A stretch of 64,000 nt of DNA, taken from positions 116,122 to 180,121 of the forward strand of contig CBEVQO010000005.1 of assembly GCA_965552055.1 (NCBI GenBank), given 5' to 3'. Positions 1 through 9,443 of this stretch are shown in pieces. The translations under genes and the position numbers were made by a program. Origin of the DNA: an uncultured bacterium (GTDB lineage: Bacteria > Hydrothermota > UBA3073 > NMUJ01 > CBEVQO01). The notes under the pieces were generated by a model that was not told where the DNA came from, ran no database searches, and saw only the letters and a program-made list of their open reading frames with translations. Numbering within the stretch: position 1 is the stretch's first letter; every line of letters starts with the position of its first letter.

Positions 1-408
1 AAGTTTGGAAAAAGTGTCGATTATTCTTTTTGCATGTTTAAAACCTTCTTTTATCATTTCAACTCCAACTCCTCCCCTGTAGTATCCAAAAATATGCAGA
101 TTTTCGTAAACAACTCTTAGAGATGCCTGCAATTTACCATTGTGGGGTGCTTTCTTAAGCCATTTCCAGTATTCATCATAAGAAGTGGGTAGTTTGTCTT
201 CCGGACAGCCTTTTGATAGGGCAAATGCGTCAATTGCGAGTAATGCAGAGAGATAACCTATAGCACATGCTTCTTTTACAGGTTTCTCATCCGTATAAAT
301 CCCATATTTTATTTCAACATTTTTCAAAATCTCTTTTGCATTGTTAAAATAGCGATGCGACATTTCAATCGCTTCTTTGGCGCTCGTTGGACGCTTAAAT
401 GCTTTCAT
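1..408 (-). CDS. DUF5618-like (HEPN-related) protein, runs off the window edge
   Basis: Not in the ORF track. My translation from ATG 408 is MKAFKRPTSAKEAIEMSHRYFNNAKEILK...KEACAIGYLSALLAID...YENLHIFGYYRG..., open to position 1. Family call is from recalled pattern. A perfect promoter lies just upstream. Confidence 0.65.
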   Translation of the reverse strand, partial: MKAFKRPTSAKEAIEMSHRYFNNAKEILKNVEIKYGIYTDEKPVKEACAIGYLSALLAIDAFALSKGCPEDKLPTSYDEYWKWLKKAPHNGKLQASLRVVYENLHIFGYYRGGVGVEMIKEGFKHAKRIIDTFSKL

Positions 409-413
409 CACGA

Positions 414-440
414 ATTATAATCAAAAAATGAATCTGTCAA
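414..440 (-). promoter_or_regulatory. Promoter TTGACA-N15-TATAAT, 5 nt upstream of ATG 408
   Basis: tgtcaa at 435-440 and attata at 414-419 on the + strand. Confidence 0.75.
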
Positions 441-451
441 GTTTTCAAAAA

Positions 452-1090
452 TTAAAATTTTATAACAGCAAGATGTCTGCCTGTTTTGCCTTTATCTCTT
501 CTGTAAGAGAAAAATTTATCCGGATGCTCATAGGTGCACAATCCGGGATTGAAAACTTTAACGCCTATCCTTTTAAGCTTTTCCTCAATTCCTCCCCACA
601 AATCAATGTCATAACAGTTAGGACAGATAGAGGGGCTTATCAGAGCAAATTCAGGTGCTGGCACTAATTTCAGCATAGATTCAATGATGCCAGATTCAAA
701 GCCACGCCTACCAATATGTAAAATGCCGATATACTCGGGATGATAAAGAAAAAGAGCAACACAATCTGCAACATACACTCCAAGTGTTAAATCTTTTTTG
801 AAAGTTATTAAACCATCGCCTTCTAAATCTTCTTTCTTATCCACAATTCTCACAATGTTGCTATGAATCTGCTTTAAAGTGATGAGATTTTCTTCACTTA
901 TGCCTATTTCTTTAAAATATCTTTTTCTATTTTCTTTCACATTTTCGGGTAAATCCCCAACATTAAAAGATAAATTTAAACTTTCAAAATTTCCTTCGCT
1001 AACCCCTCCCATCCTTGTCGGAAAATACATTTTTACATTTTTGTAAGAGAAGTAAAAAAGTAATAATTTACCTTTTTGTAGCAATTGCAT
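452..1090 (-). CDS. pgeF: PgeF/YfiH polyphenol-oxidase (laccase-domain) family protein
   Basis: TRMGGVS..SLNL, QIHS, GDGLIT, VADC, H.G.RG, CT..HPDKFFSYRRD.GKTGR motifs. Confidence 0.9.
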   Translation of the reverse strand: MQLLQKGKLLLFYFSYKNVKMYFPTRMGGVSEGNFESLNLSFNVGDLPENVKENRKRYFKEIGISEENLITLKQIHSNIVRIVDKKEDLEGDGLITFKKDLTLGVYVADCVALFLYHPEYIGILHIGRRGFESGIIESMLKLVPAPEFALISPSICPNCYDIDLWGGIEEKLKRIGVKVFNPGLCTYEHPDKFFSYRRDKGKTGRHLAVIKF

Positions 1091-1781
1091 CTTTTATTCT
1101 TTTCTGTGCGAATTCGTAATATTGAGGCGAAATTTCGAATCCTATGAAATTTCTGCCAGTTTCAAGTGCAGCTACTGCTGTTGTGCCAGAACCTATAAAG
1201 GGGTCGAGCACTATATCCCCCGGATTGCTCGAATACAAAATTAACTTTTTTACAAGCTCGAGAGGTAGTTTTGTTGCAGTTTTTATCTTGCCAGTCCAGT
1301 ACTCTCTTTTCATAAAAATAACATCTTCGGGATAATGGTCAATCTTATTGAAAATATATTTTTTCGGATTCTTCACTGCAAAAATTATATGATAATGACT
1401 TGTTACAAATTTTCGCCTTGTATAAACACCAAATTGATATTTCCATATCAGATGATTTATAACCGTTAATCCTGCATCGTCCACTGCTATCAAAATATCT
1501 TTTAAATTAGTCCAGCCAGAAAAAATATAAATGCTACCTGTTTCTTTAAGAACTCTTTTGCATTCAAAAATCCATTTTCTTGAAAATTCGAGATATTTCT
1601 CTTTGGGTATTTCATTGTAGTCTTCGAGCACTTTTTCTGCTTTTCTGTGATAATTTGAGCGCTTTGCTTTGAAATCAATTGCAAAAGGCGGGTCTGTTAT
1701 TACAAGGTCAATAGAATTATCCGGCAATTCTTTAAGAAGAATAAGGGCATCACCGCAATATATTTTATTCAACTCAAACAT
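1068..1781 (-). CDS. Site-specific DNA methyltransferase (N4/N6, beta class)
   Basis: DPPF catalytic motif precedes VLDPFIGSGTT SAM-binding motif. Start is 1781 or 1784. Confidence 0.9.
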   Translation of the reverse strand: MFELNKIYCGDALILLKELPDNSIDLVITDPPFAIDFKAKRSNYHRKAEKVLEDYNEIPKEKYLEFSRKWIFECKRVLKETGSIYIFSGWTNLKDILIAVDDAGLTVINHLIWKYQFGVYTRRKFVTSHYHIIFAVKNPKKYIFNKIDHYPEDVIFMKREYWTGKIKTATKLPLELVKKLILYSSNPGDIVLDPFIGSGTTAVAALETGRNFIGFEISPQYYEFAQKRIKDAIATKR

Positions 1782-1814
1782 CATTTAAAATACTTAAATT
1801 ATAACAATGTCAAC

Positions 1815-1853
1815 AATTTTTAGCCTGCTCAACTCATATGTAATGCGTGCATT
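1815..1853 (-). repeat. Probable internally deleted remnant of the structured repeat element
   Basis: aatttttagcc (=9011-9021), caactcatatgtaatg (15/16 to 9304-9319) and gcatt (=9335-9339) occur in the same order as in the 9-kb copy. Confidence 0.5.
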
Positions 1854-2021
1854 CCGTTTGTAATAGAATTTTAAAATTTCGCTTGACATTTTCCGTTATC
1901 GATTATATAACTACGATGCAAACTTTGAGACATAACTTGCTTAATTGCATTTTAATGAAAAGAAGCACGGATATGAATAGGGAGGCGCAATTGCTTTAAA
2001 TGTAAATAAAGGAGGTGTAAA

Positions 2022-2807
2022 ATGATGGGTGCAGTATTGTTGCAAATAGTGTGGATACTTTTAATTGGAGCGATTACTGGCTTTCTGGCTACCTGGCTTG
2101 GAATTGGTGGATGCTTCTTAAGAATACCTATGATGATGGCGCTATTGGGCTTACCCATCAAAACGGCTTATGCAGTGAATATGGCTGTTATATCTATCGC
2201 CACAATACCAGGTGTAATTACGCATTACAGGATGAAGCATGTGTATAAAAAGGGATTCATTGTTGCTGCTATAGGAGCGGCAATAGGCGTGATAATCGGC
2301 ACACAAATAGCAATGTATGTTCCATCAAGGACTCTCAAAATAATCTTCGGTATCGCATGTATTGGCGTCGGAATTTATATGACATATTCTTCCATAAAGG
2401 GTAAAGGAAAAATGCCTCCAAGAGTGACGGTTGACCAGGTCGAGAAGCTGGAGCATGGGCTGAAACTCGGTGGCTTTATGTTTTTGGCTGGTATAGCAAC
2501 CGGTCTTTGTGGCTTCGGTGGAGGCATTTACTACATGCCTATTTTTAATGCGTTAGGTTATCCAATGCATATCGCTATAGGCACATCTTCAACTCAGATG
2601 ATACCTGTTGCAGCAATTGGTGCAACGAACTTGACGATACATGGTTTCCAGAACTGGTTCTATGTTCTAACAATTGGACTTGTGACAATGTTTTTCTCAT
2701 GGTTAGGAGCACGAGCTACAAAGATAATGAAGGCATGGGTCTTGAGAGGAATATTTGGAGTCCTCATAGGACTTGTTGGACTTTCTGTTGCCATAGGATT
2801 AATTTAA
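2022..2807 (+). CDS. Sulfite exporter TauE/SafE family membrane protein
   Basis: Two GIGGC/GFGGG repeats, AIGTS motif, multiple TM helices, AGGAGG RBS. Confidence 0.9.
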   Translation: MMGAVLLQIVWILLIGAITGFLATWLGIGGCFLRIPMMMALLGLPIKTAYAVNMAVISIATIPGVITHYRMKHVYKKGFIVAAIGAAIGVIIGTQIAMYVPSRTLKIIFGIACIGVGIYMTYSSIKGKGKMPPRVTVDQVEKLEHGLKLGGFMFLAGIATGLCGFGGGIYYMPIFNALGYPMHIAIGTSSTQMIPVAAIGATNLTIHGFQNWFYVLTIGLVTMFFSWLGARATKIMKAWVLRGIFGVLIGLVGLSVAIGLI

Positions 2808-3011
2808 ATTGTCAGATAAATTTAAATTTACCAAATGATAAGGAAAGCAAAAGATGATGGAGCGGATTTTTATTTTTGTCGGCAGTTCGACTCGAAGAAA
2901 AATCAAAAAAAGATATGCGAGAGATATAGGATTAGAAATAAAATTATTCCTCTATGAAAAAGCCAAGATGGAAATTCACTTTATATCTGACCGCCATAGA
3001 ATGAAGAATGC

Positions 3012-3310
3012 TATCTTGAAAAATGTGATATAGAACAGCAATTTGAAATTACCCATCAGGTATCCTGTTTAACGCATGGACATCTACGCTCACAGATGGC
3101 ATGCGGAATCTATGTCCAACTTGGAATTAATCTACTTAAGGGCATGACTCACAGAGAGGCATACGAAAAGGAGAATTCTGAAATATGATATATCAAAATT
3201 AAAAGGAGGAGCTCATAAAATCAGATGGTTATGTAGTCAATACACTGGAAGCAAGTTTATGGTGTTTTTTAAATAATGATTCATATGAAAATACGGTACT
3301 GGTAGCAGTA
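3012..3310 (+). pseudogene. ADP-ribosylglycohydrolase (DraG/ARH family) fragment
   Basis: Reads ...EITHQVSCLTHGHLRSQMACGIYVQLGINLLKG... and, after frameshifts, IKSDGYVVNTLEASLWCFLNNDSYENTVLVAV. No N-terminus, and cut before the GDTDT motif. Confidence 0.8.
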
Positions 3311-5101
3311 TTACTCTGGCTTAACTACTGCTTTTATGATGTTTTCCGGCACTTCGTGTTTGCGCAAAAATTCTTCCCTTTCTTTTTTCATCCTCTGCAC
3401 CCATTCTCTGTATTCATTTAATCTCCCTTTCTTCTCGTAATATAGTCTGGGCTCAAGTATCTCTGCTGGTACTCTTTCGAGTAGCCATGCATTTTCAGGT
3501 GCATTAACATCTGGTATTTCATAGCCAAAATCCGGGTCTTTCTTCCATTTTATTTTATCTAAAATCATTGCTTCAAGCATCGAAGAGGAATGTCTTATTT
3601 TTACTTTTAGTGCTTCGCCTCGTTTCTCATCGAGTTCATCACCACCGATATATCCCGTATTCATCATCCACACTGTTAATTTTGGTAATTTTTTAAGGAG
3701 TTCTGAGAATCTCTCTGCCTGCAAGCGATGTACTCTTGGGAAAAACGGCTGGGTAAATGGTGACCTTTCTTTTCCTCTTTCTTTGCCTGCTGCTGATGTC
3801 TTTGTTGTTTCACCGAGCATAAAGTATCCTGCTGCCTGTTCGGGTGATGTAAAGCGAACAATACCGGGTGTCGCAGCATCTCTTCCCTCATCACGATTCA
3901 AAATCCCGAGAAACCTTAAAGGAGGCACCTTCCTTGGGTCTGCTGCATTTTCGATAACTCTCATAGGAATGATTGACCTGCCGTTTTGTGTCCACACAAC
4001 AAAATCCCAGCCATCTTTCGGAACATTGTATTTGTCAACAATTTCTTCAAGCTTGACTTCTCCTTTTATATAACTTTCCACATTTTCCGGAGGTGCACCG
4101 GTTTTTATAAGTGTATCGCTCCAGACCGCTACTTCTTCTCTTGATAAAATTTGTTTTGAAAAATCAAAAGTTCCATCTGGTTTCATGAATACATTTTCAA
4201 CCCATGCATCAGGATGTGTTGTTCCCTTGTAAATGATTGGCTCAGATTCAGGTGTTAATCCAAAGGTCTTTGCGAAGCATCCATTTTCGGTAATGGTAAT
4301 TTTACCATCCGGCCATATACAAATCATATCGTCCTGAAGAGGCTGTGTTAATTCTCCCTGCTTTGAAAATGTGGTTGTGGTTTTTCCTGTGCCTGACAGT
4401 CCAAGTACTGCGAGCATTACGCTCTCGCCTTTCGCATGAACAACTTTTGCACCAGCATGAAGAACCAATCCACCTTTCTGATAAACATATTCGTTTAACA
4501 TCCTTAATAAACCTTTCTTACTTTCCCCAAAGTAATCTGCATATAAAACATGATGCGACCAGTTTTCAAGGTCAACTATCATCGCCTGATTCCCTGGCAT
4601 ATCTTCGAGATATAAACCAGATGTAAATACCAGTCTAAATAAAGGCTTGAATGGCTTTTTAAGCATGTCAGGGGGTTCTACCATTTCCCTTGGGAAAAGC
4701 AAAACCTGTTGCATACCCGCTACATTGGCGCATTCAAAAGTATAAAAGCACTGACAGGGAACAGCATAGTCATATTCAAGCCCAAGATAACCATGTATTT
4801 CAATTACTACTCCCTGTTTTTCGACAAATTCCTTTTGACGATTTAACAATTCCTGTGCCTTATCGGGATTTATGATTTTATGGGAGTAAAGATGTGCATC
4901 TTCTTCTGGTGCGATTATGTAAGTATATTTTGCCATCCTTGCTTTGTTTTTCGTTATTTTATTAACATTGCCGTATGCCGTGATGAATGTCGCAGGAGTG
5001 TACTTCAATGCTATTTTTCTTATTTCCCTCTGGCTCGGATTCTCAATATATTTGACATTGAAAGGTTTTAAATTTTCGTAAGCTTTTTTCCTTTCCCACA
5101 T
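3311..5101 (-). CDS. pckA: Phosphoenolpyruvate carboxykinase (ATP)
   Basis: YFGESKKG, LHAGAK, GLSGTGKTT, QDD, ENGCFAKT, ENV and NGRS motifs. Confidence 0.9.
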   Translation of the reverse strand: MWERKKAYENLKPFNVKYIENPSQREIRKIALKYTPATFITAYGNVNKITKNKARMAKYTYIIAPEEDAHLYSHKIINPDKAQELLNRQKEFVEKQGVVIEIHGYLGLEYDYAVPCQCFYTFECANVAGMQQVLLFPREMVEPPDMLKKPFKPLFRLVFTSGLYLEDMPGNQAMIVDLENWSHHVLYADYFGESKKGLLRMLNEYVYQKGGLVLHAGAKVVHAKGESVMLAVLGLSGTGKTTTTFSKQGELTQPLQDDMICIWPDGKITITENGCFAKTFGLTPESEPIIYKGTTHPDAWVENVFMKPDGTFDFSKQILSREEVAVWSDTLIKTGAPPENVESYIKGEVKLEEIVDKYNVPKDGWDFVVWTQNGRSIIPMRVIENAADPRKVPPLRFLGILNRDEGRDAATPGIVRFTSPEQAAGYFMLGETTKTSAAGKERGKERSPFTQPFFPRVHRLQAERFSELLKKLPKLTVWMMNTGYIGGDELDEKRGEALKVKIRHSSSMLEAMILDKIKWKKDPDFGYEIPDVNAPENAWLLERVPAEILEPRLYYEKKGRLNEYREWVQRMKKEREEFLRKHEVPENIIKAVVKPE

Positions 5102-5119
5102 CACTCTCTCCTTTTTACT

Positions 5120-5182
5120 AATTTAATCAAAATACAGCATTGTCAACTATTTTTATTGACAAACTGAAATTATCAGTAAAAA
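5120..5182. promoter_or_regulatory. Divergent promoters for pckA (TTGACA-N15-TAAATT, minus) and gdhA (TTGACA-N15-TAAAAA, plus)
   Basis: tgtcaa at 5141-5146 and ttgaca at 5156-5161. Both genes also have SD sequences. Confidence 0.55.
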
Positions 5183-5205
5183 TTAATAGTAAAAAGGAGG
5201 GAGAT

Positions 5206-6450
5206 ATGGCAAGAATATCTCCTGCTGAAATGGCTAAAAAGCAATTAGAAAAAGCAGCAAAGATTATGAAACTTGACCCAAATTTGCTCGAAATATTAAA
5301 ACATCCTAAGCGAGTAGTAGAAGTATCAATCCCTGTGAGAATGGATGATGGCTCAATAAAAGTATTCACAGGTTATAGATGTCAGTATAACGATTTCAGG
5401 GGACCCTTTAAAGGGGGTATTCGCTTTCATCCCGATGTAACAAAAGAAGAAGTTATAGCACTTGCTGCTTGGATGACTTGGAAGTGTGCAGTTATAGATA
5501 TTCCTTTTGGAGGAGGAAAGGGAGGAATAAAATGTGACCCCACGAAACTCTCTTTAAGGGAATTGGAAAGGTTAACGAGGCGCTTCACTTATACTTTGAT
5601 GCCGTTACTCGGACCTTCAATTGATATACCTGCTCCAGATGTATTTACCGATGAAAAGACCATGGCTTGGATAATGGATACTTTTAGTGTATTTCAGGGA
5701 CAAACAGAACCTGGTGTTGTAACAGGTAAATCACGCACAATAGGGGGCTCAGTAGGAAGGAGGGAAGCCACGGGTAGAGGTGTTGCTATCTGCACAAGGG
5801 AGATAATGAAATTATATGGAGATGATATAAAAGGAAAAACCGTAGCAGTGCAGGGATTCGGAAATGTCGGCTCTTATGCATCAAAATATTTATCCGAAAT
5901 GGGAGCAAAAATAATAGCTGTAACGGATATCACAGGTGGAGTTTATGACGAGAATGGATTGAATATTCCAGAATTGATGGAATATGTAAAAGAAAAGAAA
6001 GGTGTTAGAGGATTTACAAAAAAATCAATAACAAATGAAGAACTATTCAAACTTGATGCCGATATAATAGTCCCTGCTGCACTAGAATGTGTTATAACAG
6101 AAGAAAATATGAAAGATATAAAAGCAAAATACATTTCCGAAGGAGCAAATGGTCCCACAACACCTGAAGCAGATGAATACCTTTACAAAAATGGCAAAAT
6201 AATAATTCCAGATATTCTGGCAAATTCAGGGGGTGTGCTTGTCAGTTATTTTGAATGGGTGCAGGATAGAATGAGCTTTTACTGGTCTGAAGAAGAAGTT
6301 TTCGCAAGAATGGAAGATAAAATAAAAAAAGCAGTAAAAGAAGTTTATGAAACAGCAAAAGAATACAATACAGATTTAAGAACAGGTGCATATATACTTG
6401 CAATAAAAAGAGTAGCAGATGCTTATTATGAAAGAGGTCTATTCCCATAA
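5206..6450 (+). CDS. gdhA: Glutamate dehydrogenase (Glu/Leu/Phe/Val dehydrogenase family)
   Basis: KGGIRFHP, GGGKGG, DIPAPDV, QGFGNVG, EGANGP, SYFEWVQ. ATG 5206 follows AGGAGG. Confidence 0.95.
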   Translation: MARISPAEMAKKQLEKAAKIMKLDPNLLEILKHPKRVVEVSIPVRMDDGSIKVFTGYRCQYNDFRGPFKGGIRFHPDVTKEEVIALAAWMTWKCAVIDIPFGGGKGGIKCDPTKLSLRELERLTRRFTYTLMPLLGPSIDIPAPDVFTDEKTMAWIMDTFSVFQGQTEPGVVTGKSRTIGGSVGRREATGRGVAICTREIMKLYGDDIKGKTVAVQGFGNVGSYASKYLSEMGAKIIAVTDITGGVYDENGLNIPELMEYVKEKKGVRGFTKKSITNEELFKLDADIIVPAALECVITEENMKDIKAKYISEGANGPTTPEADEYLYKNGKIIIPDILANSGGVLVSYFEWVQDRMSFYWSEEEVFARMEDKIKKAVKEVYETAKEYNTDLRTGAYILAIKRVADAYYERGLFP

Positions 6451-7816
6451 ACTTTCGGAACTGAGGTTAGTTGCAAGGGAATTAATGAAAAATTTGAAGA
6501 AAAAAGTTTATTACGGGGATTTGCGTCTTGAATACAGGAAAGTATTATCTTTTAAAGTATCGGAAAAGGGAGTTGATTCTCTTACACTCGAAGAAAGGGT
6601 ATCCGGAGGCGTAAGGGTGTGGAAAGGTGCTTTTTCTTTTGCTTCTTTTGATTCACTGGAGAAAATAGCAGAGTCAATAGAATCGGCGATAAGTTTATCA
6701 AAATTATATTGTGAAGATAAAAAATTAACAATTGCTGAAAAAGTCGAAGGAGAATTCTATTATCCGGTGGAGAAAAATCCAGCAGAAGTTTCAGATGGCG
6801 AGAAAAAAGAATTGTTTAAAAAATGGGTAAACATAGCACTCGAAGAGATGAATGTAAAATCTGCCATTATAAATTATATCGAAATACATTCTGTAAGAGT
6901 TTTCGCAAATACCGAAGGCTCTTTGATTTCACAAATATCACCTTACATAATTGCTTACGGTAGTATAACCGCAGAAAAAGAGAATATAAAAGAGACTATT
7001 TATTGCTATTCATGTAAAAGGGATTTCAATAAATTCAAAGATGAAATGGAAAAAGAAATCAGAGATAAATCTGGCTATGTAAATAAACTCGTACTTTATC
7101 CAAGGGTTAGAACAGGCATTTATGATATTGTCATCGACCCTGATATTTCCGGCACATTCGCGCATGAAGCATTCGGACACCTTGCGGAAGCAGATTTCCA
7201 TTATCAAAATAAGGAAATGCAAAAAGTTTTTAAGAAAGGAAGGAAAATTGGTAATGAAATGATAAGCATAGTTGATGATGGCTCCGATATTGCTTATTTC
7301 GGTGGATACTACTTCGATGACGAAGGCGTAAAGCCAGAGAAAACTTATCTTATGAAAAATGGAGAAATAACAGGTAGATTACATACCATCGAGACAGCAA
7401 CCATAATGGGTGAAAAACCAACGGGAAATGGAAGGATAACGGACGCTCGCTTCCCACCTGTAGCCAGAATGTCCATAACCTATATTGAACCTGGCAAAGA
7501 TAAAAAAGAAGATTTGATAGCGAGTATAAAAAATGGATTCTACTGCGAAGGAGCAGCAGGAGGATGGACAGAATTCACAACTTTTACTTTCACTCCATTA
7601 AAAGTTTATAAAGTTGAGGATGGAAAAATAAAATATCCTGTAAGAGGTGTATCTTTGCAGGGTGATATTTTTGAGACATTGAAGAATGTAAGGGGTGTTA
7701 GCAGTGAGCTGCGATTTGTAGATGGCTGGTGCGGTAAAGATGAGCAATATCCCTTACCCATTAGCTGGGGTGGACCTTATCTTTTGATAGAAAAGGTGAG
7801 AATAAGTGGCGATTGA
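6428..7816 (+). CDS. tldD: TldD family metalloprotease
   Basis: HEAFGHLAEAD, FDDEG, PTGNGR, RMSITYI, WCGK. Start is approximate. Confidence 0.9.
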   Translation: MKEVYSHKLSELRLVARELMKNLKKKVYYGDLRLEYRKVLSFKVSEKGVDSLTLEERVSGGVRVWKGAFSFASFDSLEKIAESIESAISLSKLYCEDKKLTIAEKVEGEFYYPVEKNPAEVSDGEKKELFKKWVNIALEEMNVKSAIINYIEIHSVRVFANTEGSLISQISPYIIAYGSITAEKENIKETIYCYSCKRDFNKFKDEMEKEIRDKSGYVNKLVLYPRVRTGIYDIVIDPDISGTFAHEAFGHLAEADFHYQNKEMQKVFKKGRKIGNEMISIVDDGSDIAYFGGYYFDDEGVKPEKTYLMKNGEITGRLHTIETATIMGEKPTGNGRITDARFPPVARMSITYIEPGKDKKEDLIASIKNGFYCEGAAGGWTEFTTFTFTPLKVYKVEDGKIKYPVRGVSLQGDIFETLKNVRGVSSELRFVDGWCGKDEQYPLPISWGGPYLLIEKVRISGD

Positions 7817-9011
7817 TATAGAAATAAAAAGAGAAGAAGTAAAATCAATAAGATTGTCTTTTTCTGATAAAAAATTGATAAATTGCGAGAGAAGAATTGC
7901 GAAAGTGATAACTGTTAGATTAAGTGATGAGAAAAAAAGTGTGATAGTAAGCGGAAGTTTGCCAGAGCAGGAGCTGATATTGAGGGCAAGAAATCTTTTG
8001 AAATACGGAGAAGAAAGAGATTTTGAACTATCACCTGCTCAAACGATTTCAGAAAAAATGCAATTTAAAGAACCAGACATTAAAAGAATTTGCGAAAAAA
8101 TAAGAGAAATTATGCCAGAAAATCTATCATCCGAATTATTCTTTGAAATAGGAGATGTAAGCGTAAATCATGAAAATACAAAAGGTTTTTCAGGTGAATA
8201 CTCAAAAAGATACTATTCTATATCTTTCTCGATTCCAGTGGAACACGAAGGAGAAATAATTTTTCTGAATTACTCGGATATTTCTACTGCCGATAATTCC
8301 AGAGAAATCATAAAAGAATTGTTGAAAGAATATGAAAGTTTTCCAAAGAAAAGAGAAAAAGAACCTGCTAATTTGCCTGTTGTTTTGCATCCGGATGCTG
8401 TTTCAGACTTAATCAAAATGTGCACTTATTTTGCAAGGGGTGAGTATATACACAAATGTGTGAGTCCTTTTTGTGATAAATTAGGAGAAAAGATATTTTC
8501 CGGGGAATTGACAATTGAGCATATACCTGATGATAAAAATTTCGCAGGATGGCGTCCTTTTGACGATGAGTGTACACCAACAAAGAGATTTAAGTTTATA
8601 GAAAAAGGTGTATTGAGGAATTTATTTTTATCGCGAAAGAGTGCAAAAAAGTTATCCCTTGAACCAAATGGGTGCGCTATATTCGGAGAATCACCGTTTT
8701 TCAGAATTGAAGAGACAGCACTTGCTCTGGATGTTTATCCAGGTAAAAATTTATTAACTTCATTAAAAGATTTTATTTTGATAAGAGATGCATCTTTTGA
8801 TATTTATCCAACAGGTGAATTCGTGGCAGATTGCATACTTGCATATCTTTACAGGAAAGGCAAAAAAGAAAAATATTTGAGAAGCTTCCAGATAGCTGGA
8901 AACATTTTCGATATACTTGGTAAAAATTTAATCTTTTTGAGCAAGAAAAGAATAAGAATAGGAAATATAATAGCTCCCTATATTGGTTTTTCAGGTGTAA
9001 AAATTATATAA
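7806..9011 (+). CDS. Divergent TldE/PmbA-like partner protein
   Basis: RPFDDEC.PT and IAGNIFDIL motifs, no HExxxH, directly follows tldD. Confidence 0.75.
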   Translation: MAIDIEIKREEVKSIRLSFSDKKLINCERRIAKVITVRLSDEKKSVIVSGSLPEQELILRARNLLKYGEERDFELSPAQTISEKMQFKEPDIKRICEKIREIMPENLSSELFFEIGDVSVNHENTKGFSGEYSKRYYSISFSIPVEHEGEIIFLNYSDISTADNSREIIKELLKEYESFPKKREKEPANLPVVLHPDAVSDLIKMCTYFARGEYIHKCVSPFCDKLGEKIFSGELTIEHIPDDKNFAGWRPFDDECTPTKRFKFIEKGVLRNLFLSRKSAKKLSLEPNGCAIFGESPFFRIEETALALDVYPGKNLLTSLKDFILIRDASFDIYPTGEFVADCILAYLYRKGKKEKYLRSFQIAGNIFDILGKNLIFLSKKRIRIGNIIAPYIGFSGVKII

Positions 9012-9340
9012 ATTTTTAGCCCCGCCTCCCTATCCCCACCGCCCTCGTGCACACCCCTCGCTACCAAAAGGCATTGTCTTGACCACTCACGCTCTTTAAA
9101 ATGCCCTACCCGTAATAAAGCAAGTTCGCAACCGAAACCTCAATCACATCAAAAACTGCACTACTGCACTCTATAACCTCTCCCCATAATGAGTGTAGTA
9201 TCGCACCTAAATCGGCTCCCGCTTTCATTACCACTACCCTTAAAAATCTCCATTTCTGCTCCCAAAATGCAGTTCAGCTCTCACCGCTCGGGGTGTTGAC
9301 TCACAACCCATATGTAATGTGCTCGCTTACGCTCGCATTA
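9011..9340 (-). mobile_element. GC-rich structured repeat element, long intergenic copy (~330 bp), non-coding
   Basis: Reverse complement shares four collinear blocks with 61981-62175, including terminal blocks of 31/33 and 40/43 identity. Confidence 0.75.
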
Positions 9341-9399
9341 AAAATTTTACAGGTTAACCTGATACTGATGTGGCTTCTTACCTCCTGTGAAATAATTTG

Positions 9400-9426
9400 T
9401 TGACAGAGGAAAATGTTAATTATAAT
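9400..9426 (+). promoter_or_regulatory. Promoter TTGACA-N15-TATAAT followed by SD (AAGGAGG)
   Basis: ttgaca gaggaaaatgttaat tataat. Confidence 0.75.
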
Positions 9427-9443
9427 ATGCAAAAGGAGGGAGT

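Noticed and set aside
1068..1784. Restriction-modification system
   Set aside because: No cognate endonuclease is adjacent. The methyltransferase overlaps pgeF and looks like an orphan.
1911..2021. Riboswitch or leader peptide upstream of tauE
   Set aside because: Only a weak ATGCAA/TTGCAT inverted repeat and a 14-codon ORF are present, with no recognisable aptamer or terminator.
9011..9340. Repeat element as RNase P RNA, tmRNA, SRP RNA or tRNA
   Set aside because: It lacks their hallmark motifs (GAGGAAAGUCC, tRNA-like ends with CCA, SRP GGAA loop), and a second copy lies inside a CDS.
9351..9390. Minus-strand gene start (AGGAGGT near 9380-9386) and AGGTTAACCT palindrome
   Set aside because: No start codon at a suitable distance and no ORF follows.
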